Source: Natronospirales bacterium
GTDB taxonomy: Bacteria; Pseudomonadota; Gammaproteobacteria; Natronospirales; REEB76
DNA length: 64,000 bases
Reading direction: 5' to 3'
Assembly (NCBI GenBank): GCA_021816765.1
Contig: JAKAXB010000001.1
Location: forward strand, 99,692 to 163,691
Shown piece by piece: positions 45,572 to 56,068 of the stretch. The translations under genes were made by a program, and so were the position numbers. Within the stretch, counting starts at the first letter, position 1. Every line of letters starts with the position of its first letter. Below the pieces are notes generated by a model. It made no database searches. It was not told where the DNA came from and saw only the letters and a list, made by a program, of their open reading frames with translations.

Positions 45572-46438
45572 TCATTTCAATTCGTTATGCCGCACCAACA
45601 CTTCCCGCCCCGCGGCGCGGAAGTGCGCGGCCAGTTTCTCCACCACGAACACAGAGCGGTGATAACCGCCGGTGCAGCCCACCGACACGGTGAGGTAGCG
45701 GCGGTTCGAGGATTCGAATTGCGGGATCCAATATTGCAGGAACGTGCTCAGGTCCCCGACGAACCGCTGCGCCGCCTCGCTGTTTTCCAGGAAACGCGCC
45801 ACCGCCGCATCCTTGCCGGTCAGCGCGCGCAGGTCCGCTTCCCAATACGGATTTGGCAGGCCGCGGGCGTCGAAGACAAAATCCGAATCCCCCGGCAGCC
45901 CGTGGCGGAAACCAAAGGATTGGAACAGCAGCGACAACTCCTGGCGCGCACCGCGGTGGATGCGTGCGCGTACCTGCTCCCGCAACTCATGCACCGAAGT
46001 ACGTGTGGTGTCCAGCACCATATCGGCCTCGTCGGCGATGGCACCCAGGAGATCGCGTTCCGCGCGGATGGCATCCCGCAGCGATCGGCCCTCGTTGGCC
46101 AGCGGGTGCGGGCGATGGGTCTCGTTATAGCGTTTCACCAGCACGCCGTCTTCGGCATGCAGGAACACAATGTCGCATTCGATACCCTGGTTGCGCAGAT
46201 GGCGCACGGTTTCCGGCACGGACTTGATGTCCTCGATGCGGTTGCGCGCATCAATACCCACCGCCATGTTGTGGTAGGCCGGATCGCTGCTCAGCAGGGT
46301 TTCGCGCGCCAGGTTCTGCAGCAGGCCGGCGGGGATATTGTCCACGCAGTAGTAGCCCAAGTCCTCCAGCATGTGGAGAGCCACCGATTTGCCGGAGCCG
46401 GACAGGCCGCTGAGGATAACCAGGCGCATGCGCGTCAA
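45572..46438 (-). CDS. rapZ: RNase adapter protein RapZ
   Basis: MRLVILSGLSGSGKSVALHMLEDLGYYCVDNIP with full-length YhbJ/RapZ similarity. Confidence 0.9.
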   Translation of the reverse strand: MTRMRLVILSGLSGSGKSVALHMLEDLGYYCVDNIPAGLLQNLARETLLSSDPAYHNMAVGIDARNRIEDIKSVPETVRHLRNQGIECDIVFLHAEDGVLVKRYNETHRPHPLANEGRSLRDAIRAERDLLGAIADEADMVLDTTRTSVHELREQVRARIHRGARQELSLLFQSFGFRHGLPGDSDFVFDARGLPNPYWEADLRALTGKDAAVARFLENSEAAQRFVGDLSTFLQYWIPQFESSNRRYLTVSVGCTGGYHRSVFVVEKLAAHFRAAGREVLVRHNELK

Positions 46439-46493
46439 ACCTGCAGTGGAAGATCGCTCATGGTCCTAGCATACCTGTTGGCGGCGCGAATGC

Positions 46494-46525
46494 AAAAAAC
46501 GGCGCGTCCGTGTGACGCGCCGTTT
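46494..46525 (-). terminator. rho-independent terminator downstream of hpf
   Basis: On the minus strand: aaacggcgcgtc / acacg / gacgcgccgtt followed by tttttt. Lies 29 nt after the hpf stop. Confidence 0.75.
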
Positions 46526-46553
46526 CCACGCTTTGGCCGCTGATTAACCCGGA

Positions 46554-46877
46554 CTAGGGCGCGGGGATGGTGCGTACACTGGCACGGTCGCCGTGGTCGG
46601 TGAGTTTCTCCTTGTGTTTCTTGATCTGTCGGTCGAGCTTGTCGGTGAGGGCGTCAATGGCGGCGTACATGTCAGTGTCCGTGGCGTCGGCAAAAATCTT
46701 GCCGCGATCCACATGCAGGGTCGCTTCGGCTCTGTGCTCCAGTTTTTCCACCGTCAGTACCACGTGAATGCTGATGACATGGTCGAAATGCCGTTCCAGT
46801 CGCTCGAATTTGTTCTCCACATAGCTCTTGAGCGTCGGGGTGATGTTCACATGGTGACCGGTAATATCAATTTGCAT
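46554..46877 (-). CDS. hpf: ribosome hibernation promoting factor
   Basis: MQIDITGHHVNITPTLKSYVENKFERLERHF, 107 aa, immediately downstream of rpoN. Confidence 0.9.
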   Translation of the reverse strand: MQIDITGHHVNITPTLKSYVENKFERLERHFDHVISIHVVLTVEKLEHRAEATLHVDRGKIFADATDTDMYAAIDALTDKLDRQIKKHKEKLTDHGDRASVRTIPAP

Positions 46878-46905
46878 GATGCCACTCCTGGTTATCGTCG
46901 TGTTG

Positions 46906-48336
46906 TCACCTCGTTGCGAGGCGTTTGCGTTCGTGAGCCGGGGGAATGGTCATGGACTCACGGTACTTGGCGACCGTGCGTCGTGCCACGCGGATGCCGC
47001 GGCTTACGAGCTCCCTGGTGATGCGATCGTCGCTCAGGGGACTGTGCGGATCCTCCTGGGCGATCAGTTTGCGTATCAGGGCGCGTATGGCGGTGGCTGA
47101 ATGCGCGCCGCCATCATCTGATGACAGTTCGTTGGAGAAAAAGTGCCGGAAAGCGAGCGTGCCGCGCGGCGCGGCGAGATATTTGTTCGCCACTACGCGC
47201 GAGATGGTGGATTCGTGCAGCCCCAGCTCCGCTGCCACGTTCTTGAGCATCAACGGGCGCATGGCTTCCTCGCCCTCGCTGAGGAAATGCGCCTGATGAC
47301 GCACGATGCACTGCGCCACGCGCAACAGGGTTTCGTTGCGCATCTTCAGGCTGCGTACCAGCCAGCGCGCTTCCTGCAACTGGCGCCCCAGGTCGCCGTG
47401 CTGCTCGCGGTGGCGCCGGCCGAGGGCGGCGGCGTACATGGTGTTCACGCGCAGGCGTGGCGCGGTTTCGGGATTGAGCTCCACCACCCAGCGGCCGTCG
47501 CGGCGCGACGCCAGCACGTCCGGCATGACGAAATCCACGGCGCTGGCAGCAAGCGCTGTGCCGGGACGCGGATTCAACGACTGGATCAGGGCGATGGCGG
47601 CTTCCAGTTCCGCGGCGGTCACGTCAAGCGTGCGGCAGAGTTGCGCATGGGCATGGGCGGCCAGCTCCTGCAGATGCCCATTGACCAGCGTGAGTGCCAG
47701 TTCCCGGCCGGGCGTGGCCGGCAGCAGCGGGTGCAGTTGCAGGTCAAGGCACTCGCGCAGGTCGCGCGCACCCACTCCCGTTGGGTCGAAGGTCTGGAGA
47801 CGGTGCAGCACCGCCTCCATTTCCTCCGGCTCCGGGCCGCTGCCATTGTCGCCGAAGGCCTGCCGCAATTCGTCCAGGCTCTCCGTGAGATAGCCGTCGT
47901 CATTCAGGCTGTCAATGAGCAGGGTGCCGATGGCCGTGTCACGGGCGCTCAGGTGAGCCAGATTCAGCTGCAACAGCAGATGCTCTCTGAGGCTCGCCCC
48001 CGGCTGGGCTGCCGGTTCGGGAACCTCCGCCTCGCCACCATCGCTCCAGGTCAGCGTGATTTCGGCGCTGTCCCATTCCGCCACCGGCAATTCCTCCGGC
48101 TCCGCCGGTGCCTTCTCCTCAGGGTTATCGGCATCCGGCGGCGGCCCGCCCTCCTCGGGGGTGGCGGGTGCGTCGTTGCTGTCTTCAGTTTTTTCCAGCA
48201 GCAGGTTGTGCTCCAGCGCCTCGCGCACCATATCGCGCAGCTCCAGGGCGGACATCTGCAGCAGCCCCAGCGCCTGGCGCAGCTCCGGCGTCATGCTGAG
48301 GCGTTGGGTCTGGCGCAGGCTGAGAGACGCTTTCAA
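46906..48336 (-). CDS. rpoN: RNA polymerase sigma-54 factor
   Basis: Region I LSLRQTQRLSMTPELRQALGLLQMS, an acidic region, and RpoN box ARRTVAKYR. Probable TTG start at 48336 with aagga upstream. Confidence 0.92.
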   Translation of the reverse strand: MKASLSLRQTQRLSMTPELRQALGLLQMSALELRDMVREALEHNLLLEKTEDSNDAPATPEEGGPPPDADNPEEKAPAEPEELPVAEWDSAEITLTWSDGGEAEVPEPAAQPGASLREHLLLQLNLAHLSARDTAIGTLLIDSLNDDGYLTESLDELRQAFGDNGSGPEPEEMEAVLHRLQTFDPTGVGARDLRECLDLQLHPLLPATPGRELALTLVNGHLQELAAHAHAQLCRTLDVTAAELEAAIALIQSLNPRPGTALAASAVDFVMPDVLASRRDGRWVVELNPETAPRLRVNTMYAAALGRRHREQHGDLGRQLQEARWLVRSLKMRNETLLRVAQCIVRHQAHFLSEGEEAMRPLMLKNVAAELGLHESTISRVVANKYLAAPRGTLAFRHFFSNELSSDDGGAHSATAIRALIRKLIAQEDPHSPLSDDRITRELVSRGIRVARRTVAKYRESMTIPPAHERKRLATR

Positions 48337-48456
48337 AACCCTGAATCCTTTATACAAACAAGGCGTTGCCCGTGCCCTCGGCCCCTTGTGAGTGGAGTCG
48401 TGGCCGTGTCCCTCCCCTGTACGGGCAGAGGGGGGATTCACGGGCCCCATGGGAAG

Positions 48457-49182
48457 TTATAGCCGAAAATTCTCCCCCAGGTACACCTCGCGCACCTTTT
48501 GGTTGGTGAGGATGGCTTCCGGCGGGCCGGCGGCGATCACCTCGCCGTTGCTGATGATGTAGGCGCGCGAGCAGATTCCCAGGGCTTCGCGCACGTTGTG
48601 ATCGGTGACGAGCACGCCGATATTGCGGTTTTTCAGGTGCTCAATGATGCGCTGGATGTCGATGACGGAGATGGGGTCCACGCCGGCGAAGGGTTCGTCC
48701 AGCAGCATGAAGGCAGGATCGGCCGCGAGTGCGCGGGCGATTTCAACGCGCCGGCGTTCGCCGCCGGACAGGGACAGGCCCAGGGAGTCGCGGATGTGGC
48801 TGATGTGCAACTCCTCCAGCAATTCTTCCAGGCGCTTTTGCCGCTGTGCGCGCGTGAGTCCCACACGGGTCTCCAGGATGGCCAGGATATTTTCAGCGGC
48901 AGTCAGCTTGCGGAATATGGAGGCTTCCTGCGGCAGGTAGCCCAGGCCAAGACGCGCGCGCGCATGCACCGGCAGGTCCGTTACTTCCGTGCCGTTGAGG
49001 AAGATACGTCCGCCATCGGCGGGCAGCAGTCCCACGATCATGTAGAAGGATGTGGTTTTGCCGGCGCCATTCGGACCGAGGAGCCCCACCACCTCTCCGC
49101 AGGCAAGTTCCATGGAGACGTTGTGCACCACTTCACGGCGGCGGTAACGCTTGAGGAGATTTTCTGCGCGCAGCATGTTCAC
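48457..49182 (-). CDS. lptB: LPS export ABC transporter ATP-binding protein
   Basis: GPNGAGKTT and [15 protein letters not shown]; 241 aa; conserved position between lptA and rpoN. Confidence 0.92.
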   Translation of the reverse strand: MNMLRAENLLKRYRRREVVHNVSMELACGEVVGLLGPNGAGKTTSFYMIVGLLPADGGRIFLNGTEVTDLPVHARARLGLGYLPQEASIFRKLTAAENILAILETRVGLTRAQRQKRLEELLEELHISHIRDSLGLSLSGGERRRVEIARALAADPAFMLLDEPFAGVDPISVIDIQRIIEHLKNRNIGVLVTDHNVREALGICSRAYIISNGEVIAAGPPEAILTNQKVREVYLGENFRL

Positions 49183-49709
49183 GGCGGGCTGCTCTTGCTG
49201 CTGCTCTGCGAGGGCGGAATGGTGATGTGCACGCGCCCGCCGTTCTTGCCTCCGCTGGCGACCACGTGCTCGCTGCTGGTGTTGTAGCGGATGACATCGG
49301 CGGTGAACAGGCGTTGGCCCTGCTGCAGGTGCGCGTGACCAAGCAGATTCACTTCGTTCCTGGTTTCGTCGTAGATGATTTCGTTGGCCGCGCCATGCAT
49401 CAATGCGCCGTGGTCGGGCTGCTGCTGGAAGGTGGCCGGGCTCCCGGTCATGTCCGCGGTCTGCACCTCGCCGTTCACCATGTTCAGGATCGCTTTATCG
49501 GCGGTGATTTTGATGCTGCCCTGGGTGATGACGACGTGACCGGTGTATACGCCGGTGCCGTTGTTGCTGTTGGAGTTGCCTTGAAAGTCGCCGTGATCCG
49601 CCTGGATGTTGATGGGCTGGCTCTTGTCGGTCTTGAGCGCCCAGGCGGAAACGGCGGCGCAGAGTGCGCCCAGTACCAGCAGCAGGCGCAGTTTATGGCT
49701 TGTGGACAT
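49179..49709 (-). CDS. lptA: LPS transport periplasmic protein LptA
   Basis: Signal peptide [24 protein letters not shown] plus OstA-like beta-jellyroll (PINIQAD...). Start trimmed to ATG 49709. Confidence 0.8.
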   Translation of the reverse strand: MSTSHKLRLLLVLGALCAAVSAWALKTDKSQPINIQADHGDFQGNSNSNNGTGVYTGHVVITQGSIKITADKAILNMVNGEVQTADMTGSPATFQQQPDHGALMHGAANEIIYDETRNEVNLLGHAHLQQGQRLFTADVIRYNTSSEHVVASGGKNGGRVHITIPPSQSSSKSSPP

Positions 49710-50259
49710 AAAAGCCTCGTACGTTTGATTCCAGCACCAGATGGTTGTCCTTGAGGTTGGCCTGCATGCCCACCGTCGTGGTACGGCTGTTGCCTTGCAG
49801 AATCTCCGCCGGGTCAGTGGTGGTGGCAATGTTGGTATTGAGATTAACGCTGATCTTGTCGGTATGGATGATAAGCGGCGGCCCGCCCGTGGCACTCGCA
49901 TGGGTCATTTCCACGTGGCCGTCCAGATAGATCAGTTTACCGCCGGAGGGCAGCAGGCCGTGGTCCGCCTGCACATGCCAGGGCCGGCTGCCTGCCTGGA
50001 AATATTCAATACGCGGCGAGAACACTTCCACGCTGTCGTCATCCGGATGATGTACCATGCGTGGTGCGGTCATGATGGCTTCGGGTTTTCCCTGGGCGTT
50101 CAGGGTGGTCACCGTGGCGTCGGTGAAATAGTAATCCGGGGTATGGGTGGGTGGCGCCGGTTTCTGCACCGCGGGAGGCGCCACATGCTGCAACAGCCAC
50201 CAGGTGCCCGCCGCCGCGAGTGCCAGGGCGAATATCAGCAGCCACAGTCTGAAGCTCAC
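49693..50259 (-). CDS. lptC: LPS export system protein LptC
   Basis: N-terminal TM anchor plus an LptC-like periplasmic domain. GTG start forms a GTGA overlap with kdsC; position conserved. Confidence 0.7.
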   Translation of the reverse strand: MSFRLWLLIFALALAAAGTWWLLQHVAPPAVQKPAPPTHTPDYYFTDATVTTLNAQGKPEAIMTAPRMVHHPDDDSVEVFSPRIEYFQAGSRPWHVQADHGLLPSGGKLIYLDGHVEMTHASATGGPPLIIHTDKISVNLNTNIATTTDPAEILQGNSRTTTVGMQANLKDNHLVLESNVRGFYVHKP

Positions 50260-50756
50260 GCGGCCGGTTTCCGTGCCGCGAGAATCAGGTCGCAGACCTC
50301 GCGCACCGCACCCTCGCCACCGCTCGCCTGGGTGCACCAATGCGCTTTCGCGCGCACCAGCGGGTGGGCGTCGTGCATGCCGATGGCAAGACCTGCTGTT
50401 TCCATCAGCGGCACATCCGGCAGGTCATCGCCCACGCAGGCCACCTGTTGCGGCGCGAGCGCGAGCTGCTGCAGCAACTGCTGATACACGGGCTGCTTGT
50501 CGTCGCAACCCTGGAATATATATTTGACGCCGAGCTCGTGCATGCGCCAGGTCACCATGGCCGAGGAGCGTCCCGAAATCACCGCCACCTGGATGCCGTG
50601 CTTCAACAGTTGCTTGATACCGTAGCCGTCGCGCACATGGAAGGTCTTGAATTCCTCGCCGTCGGCGCCGTAATACAGGCGGCCGTCGGTGAACACGCCG
50701 TCCACGTCGAAGACCACCAGGCGCACACCCGCCGCAAGTTCGTGGATGTCCGCCAT
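50256..50756 (-). CDS. kdsC: 3-deoxy-D-manno-octulosonate 8-phosphate phosphatase
   Basis: HAD motif VVFDVDGVFTDGRLYY, with YGIKQL and VACVGDDLPD. Confidence 0.88.
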   Translation of the reverse strand: MADIHELAAGVRLVVFDVDGVFTDGRLYYGADGEEFKTFHVRDGYGIKQLLKHGIQVAVISGRSSAMVTWRMHELGVKYIFQGCDDKQPVYQQLLQQLALAPQQVACVGDDLPDVPLMETAGLAIGMHDAHPLVRAKAHWCTQASGGEGAVREVCDLILAARKPAA

Positions 50757-50757
50757 G

Positions 50758-51783
50758 TCACACCACGCCGGCGCGCAGCAAATCGTGCATATTGAGCGCG
50801 CCGATGAGCTTGCGGCCGCCATCCACCACCAGCAGGGCGTTGAATTTGCGGCTTTCCATGAGATGCAGCGCCTCGCCGGCGAGCGTTTCCGGCGACACGG
50901 TGGTGCAGCGGCGCGTCATCACGTCGTCAATCCGGGTGCGGTGCACGTTGATTTCCTTGTCCAGGGTACGGCGCAGATCGCCATCGGTGAAAATACCGGC
51001 CACCTGCTGCTGCGGGTCCACGATGGCGGTCATGCCGAGACCCTTGCGGGTCATTTCCATCAATGCCTGGCTCAGCAGCGTGCCTTGCGGTACCGCCGGG
51101 ATGGCATCGCCGCTGTGCATGAGGTCTTCGACCCGCAGCAACAGGCGCCGACCGAGACTGCCGCCCGGATGGGAGCGGGCAAAGTCTTCTTCGGTGAAGC
51201 CGCGCGTGGACAGCAATGCCACCGCGAGGGCGTCGCCCATGGCCAGCGCCGCAGTGGTGCTGGCGGTGGGTGCGAGATTCAACGGACAGGCTTCCTGGGC
51301 GACGGACACGTCCAGATTGACGTTGGCGGCTTTGGCGAGCGTGGACCGCGGCTGGCCGGTGAGGGTGACCAGTTGCACACCGAGGCGTTTGATGAGCGGC
51401 AGGATGGTGACGAGTTCGCGGGTCTCGCCGGAATTGGACAGGGCCAGCACCACGTCCTCGCCGGTGATCATGCCGAGATCGCCGTGGCTGGCTTCACCGG
51501 GATGCACATAAAATGCCGGTGTACCGGTGCTGGCGAGTGTCGCGGCGATTTTATTGGCCACATGACCCGACTTGCCCATGCCGGTCACCACCACGCGGCC
51601 GCGGCAGGCGAGCAGGATACGGCAGGCCGCGGCAAAGCGCTCATCCAGACGCGGGGCGAGGGCGGTGACGGCGGCTGCCTCGGTTTGCAGCACCTCGCGG
51701 GCGAGTTTGAGCAGATTGGTGGTATCGGTCCTGTTCATCGGCGGGTCGCTTGCCGTGGCGGGGGAAGCGGTTCGGGGCGTCAT
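50758..51783 (-). CDS. kdsD: arabinose-5-phosphate isomerase
   Basis: SIS domain (GMGKSGHVANKIAATLASTGTPA) plus a C-terminal CBS pair. The start could instead be at 51738. Confidence 0.9.
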   Translation of the reverse strand: MTPRTASPATASDPPMNRTDTTNLLKLAREVLQTEAAAVTALAPRLDERFAAACRILLACRGRVVVTGMGKSGHVANKIAATLASTGTPAFYVHPGEASHGDLGMITGEDVVLALSNSGETRELVTILPLIKRLGVQLVTLTGQPRSTLAKAANVNLDVSVAQEACPLNLAPTASTTAALAMGDALAVALLSTRGFTEEDFARSHPGGSLGRRLLLRVEDLMHSGDAIPAVPQGTLLSQALMEMTRKGLGMTAIVDPQQQVAGIFTDGDLRRTLDKEINVHRTRIDDVMTRRCTTVSPETLAGEALHLMESRKFNALLVVDGGRKLIGALNMHDLLRAGVV

Positions 51784-51894
51784 GATACACGCTTTGCACC
51801 GGCTCCCGGCGCGTCCATTCCGGCGGGCGCGGTCAATCGGGTATCATGCTTGAATATAGATTGCCCAGGCGTTCAATGCCAACCCCTCCGGAGC

Positions 51895-53435
<1,541 letters not shown>

Positions 53436-53451
53436 ATGCCCGATCTTTGCC

Positions 53452-54573
53452 TTAACTGTTCTGCTGCAGCGGCCGTTCCGCCACTCTCACTTTGACACGG
53501 AACGATTTACCGCGGCGCACGCCGCCCAGTACTACCAGGGTACCGGGTGGTTTACCGGCGATGCGATTGAGCGCGTCGCGGCTGTTGTCCACCGGCGTAC
53601 CGTCTATGGTTTCGATCACGTCACCGGGCACCAGCCCCGCCTTGTCTGCGGGACCGCCGCGCGCCACGCTGGTGATGATGAAACCGTCAGTGCTTTTTAA
53701 TTGAAATGCCTGCGCCAATTGCGGCGTGATGTCCTGGGGTTCCACGCCCAGGTAGCCGCGCCGCACCCGCCCGTAGGTGATGAGCTGTTTCATGACGCCA
53801 CGGGCGAGGTTCACCGGAATGGCAAAGCCGATGCCGTTGGAACCGCCGCTGGGCGAGAACAGGGCAGTGTTGATGCCCACCAACTGGCCGCGCGTATTCA
53901 CCAGCGCACCGCCGGAATTGCCGGGATTGATGGCTGCGTCCGTCTGGATGAAGTTCTCGAAGGTGCTCAAACCCAGCTGGCTGCGGCCAAGCGCACTGAC
54001 GATGCCTTGGGTTACCGTCTGACCCACGCCGTAAGGATCGCCGATGGCGAGCACCACGTCACCCACGCGCAAATCATTGGAGCGGCCCATGTGAATGGGC
54101 TTGAGGTGGGCCAGGGCGATTTTCAGCAGCGCCAAATCCGTGTCCGGGTCCACGCCCACCACGCGCGCCGCCGCCGTACGCCCGTCCACGAGGTCCACCT
54201 GAATGGCATCCGCGTCGCGGATGACGTGATAGTTGGTGAGGATGTAGCCGGCGCTGCTGACAATCACGCCCGAGCCCAGACTGGTTTCCAGGCGGTCCCG
54301 CGGCGGGCCGTACTGATTGCCGAAGTAACGTTGCCAGAAAGGGTCGTCCATGAGCGGGCCCGGCACCTGCGTGCGGCGCGCGCTATGCACGTTCACCACC
54401 GACGGCGAGGACAGGACCACGGCCGCGGCGTAGGAATCCACGGCACTGCGAGCTGGGGCACCGCGTGTGCCGGTGAGCAGGCTGGGGCGGAAGTACACCA
54501 CCATGAAGGCGATGGCGAGACCCACCACCACCGCCTGCAACAGGAACAGCAATGTTCGGCTGAGGAGTTTCAT
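53452..54573 (-). CDS. DegS/AlgW-type membrane-anchored serine endoprotease (S1C) with one PDZ domain
   Basis: N-terminal TM anchor; catalytic contexts TNYHVI, DLALLK and GNSGGAL; single C-terminal PDZ. Confidence 0.88.
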   Translation of the reverse strand: MKLLSRTLLFLLQAVVVGLAIAFMVVYFRPSLLTGTRGAPARSAVDSYAAAVVLSSPSVVNVHSARRTQVPGPLMDDPFWQRYFGNQYGPPRDRLETSLGSGVIVSSAGYILTNYHVIRDADAIQVDLVDGRTAAARVVGVDPDTDLALLKIALAHLKPIHMGRSNDLRVGDVVLAIGDPYGVGQTVTQGIVSALGRSQLGLSTFENFIQTDAAINPGNSGGALVNTRGQLVGINTALFSPSGGSNGIGFAIPVNLARGVMKQLITYGRVRRGYLGVEPQDITPQLAQAFQLKSTDGFIITSVARGGPADKAGLVPGDVIETIDGTPVDNSRDALNRIAGKPPGTLVVLGGVRRGKSFRVKVRVAERPLQQNS

Positions 54574-54671
54574 CCAGTTGCGCGGGAAACCCCGGCCTTC
54601 AGGTCGGGGAAGGATAGCGCCAGTCCCGCTTCTCCTTTGTGTGAATTGCTACCTTTATAGTGGAATAGCAT

Positions 54672-55128
54672 ATGTTGTGTATGGTGCCCAAGGTATTTCG
54701 CCAGCAGGAAAAACGGCTGGCCCTCCTCCAAAGGCGCTTATCCAAGAAGCAGAAAGGCTCGGCTAATCGGGCAAAGACCCGGTTTAAGGTCGCACGCCTC
54801 CATGCCCGGATCACCGATGCCCGCAAGGATTTCCTCCATAAGCTTTCCAGCCGGATCGTTGACGAGAACCAAGTCATCGCCGTGGAGAGTCTCGCTGTCT
54901 GCCACATGAAGAAGAACTGTAGCTTGGCTAAGTCCATATCCGATGCCGGTTGGGGCGAGTTTCTGCGCCAACTGGAGTATAGGCCGCGTGGTATGGGCGG
55001 ACCTCGATCGGGCTTGTCCTGAATGTGGGACAATCCACGACAGAGACATCAATGCAGCGTGTACTATTCTAACCGCCGGACTGGCGGGGCTAGCCTGTGG
55101 AGAGACCGTAAGTCCTGTGTTGCTGTAA
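54672..55128 (+). pseudogene. tnpB: TnpB (IS200/IS605 family, OrfB/IS1341-type) remnant
   Basis: KKQKGSANRAKTRFKVARLHARITDARKDFLHKLSSRIVDENQVIAVESL...SISDAGWGEFLRQLEY, then AAWYGR in a second frame, then CPECGTIHDRDINAA in a third. The N-terminal approx half and part of the zinc-finger region are missing. Confidence 0.7.
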
Positions 55129-55215
55129 GGCATCGTAGGCAAGTCTCCGTGAAGCAGGAACCGAAGCCGTGAGGCTAGGAATCCCCTTCCTTTAGGGAGG
55201 GGAGGATGTCGACAT
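55129..55215 (+). ncRNA. possible omega-RNA / right-end scaffold of the TnpB element
   Basis: Directly after the tnpB stop; terminal hairpin ccccttcc-ttta-gggagggg (55183-55202) followed by aggatgtcgac. This resembles IS605-family right ends as I recall them; the boundaries are uncertain. Confidence 0.3.
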
Positions 55216-55386
55216 ACTACGTTAGCACGGAGCCAAGGCCCCGTCAGCCGCGCCTTTCCGTACTGGCGGGCCTCAAGCGGCGCTGTGTATAATGCGCCGT
55301 TCCTTGTTATCTTCCGCCCGGTTTCTCCCGTCACACGCACCCATGGGTCCGTGGGCACCGGCTCTGAATTGTCAGGAGAGGGGTGA

Positions 55387-56007
55387 ATGAGCGAAGAGAT
55401 TGACAATAGCAAGCGTCACTTCCTCACCGTGGCGACCGTCGTCGTGGGTGCCGTGGGCGTGGGCATGACGGCGGTACCGTTCCTGTCTTCCATGCAGCCC
55501 AGTGCCCGCGCCAAGGCGCTCGGCGGTCCGGTGGATATAGACGTCAGCAAAATCGAACCCGGCGGGCTGGTGAAGGCGAAGTGGCGCCTGAAGCCGGTGT
55601 GGGTGGTGCAGCGCTCCCAGGCAGCGATAGCGGAGCTTCCGAAGAATGCCGGGCTGCTGCGCGATCCGGATTCCGCCGAGCCCCAGCAGCCGAGCTACTG
55701 CAAGAACGAATCACGCGCCATCAAACCGGAACTGTTTGTGGTGGTTCCGATTTGCACGCATCTGGGCTGCATTCCGCTCTACCGGCCTGAACCCGGTGAC
55801 CCCGGTATCGGTCCTACATGGCCGGGAGGGTTCCATTGCCCGTGTCATGGATCGCTTTACGATTTGGCGGGACGTGTTTTCAAGAACGTTCCGGCACCGC
55901 TCAACCTTCCGGTACCGCTTTACTTCTATGTCAATGACAAGGTCATCCGAATCGGAGAGAACCCAAAAGGGTCCCATTCCACCTACCTGACGCCTTTAAT
56001 ATGGTAA
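55387..56007 (+). CDS. petA: ubiquinol-cytochrome c reductase iron-sulfur subunit
   Basis: Tat-like N-terminus (KRHFLT) and Rieske boxes CTHLGC and CPCHGS. Confidence 0.92.
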   Translation: MSEEIDNSKRHFLTVATVVVGAVGVGMTAVPFLSSMQPSARAKALGGPVDIDVSKIEPGGLVKAKWRLKPVWVVQRSQAAIAELPKNAGLLRDPDSAEPQQPSYCKNESRAIKPELFVVVPICTHLGCIPLYRPEPGDPGIGPTWPGGFHCPCHGSLYDLAGRVFKNVPAPLNLPVPLYFYVNDKVIRIGENPKGSHSTYLTPLIW

Positions 56008-56068
56008 GCATGCAGGCATCAAGTATCGTGAGAAAAAATCTTCCCGAGAATCGTGGGGGGTCCACCTG

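Noticed and set aside
47143-48462. 439-aa plus-strand ORF opposite rpoN
   Set aside because: rpoN on the minus strand is certain (region I and RpoN box). The antisense ORF has a GC-driven composition and no motifs.
50689-51894. N-terminal 400 codons of the 485-aa plus-strand ORF 50689-52146
   Set aside because: Only the last 83 codons (from ATG 51895) form a BolA/IbaG-like protein. The upstream part is antisense to kdsC and kdsD and is compositionally aberrant.
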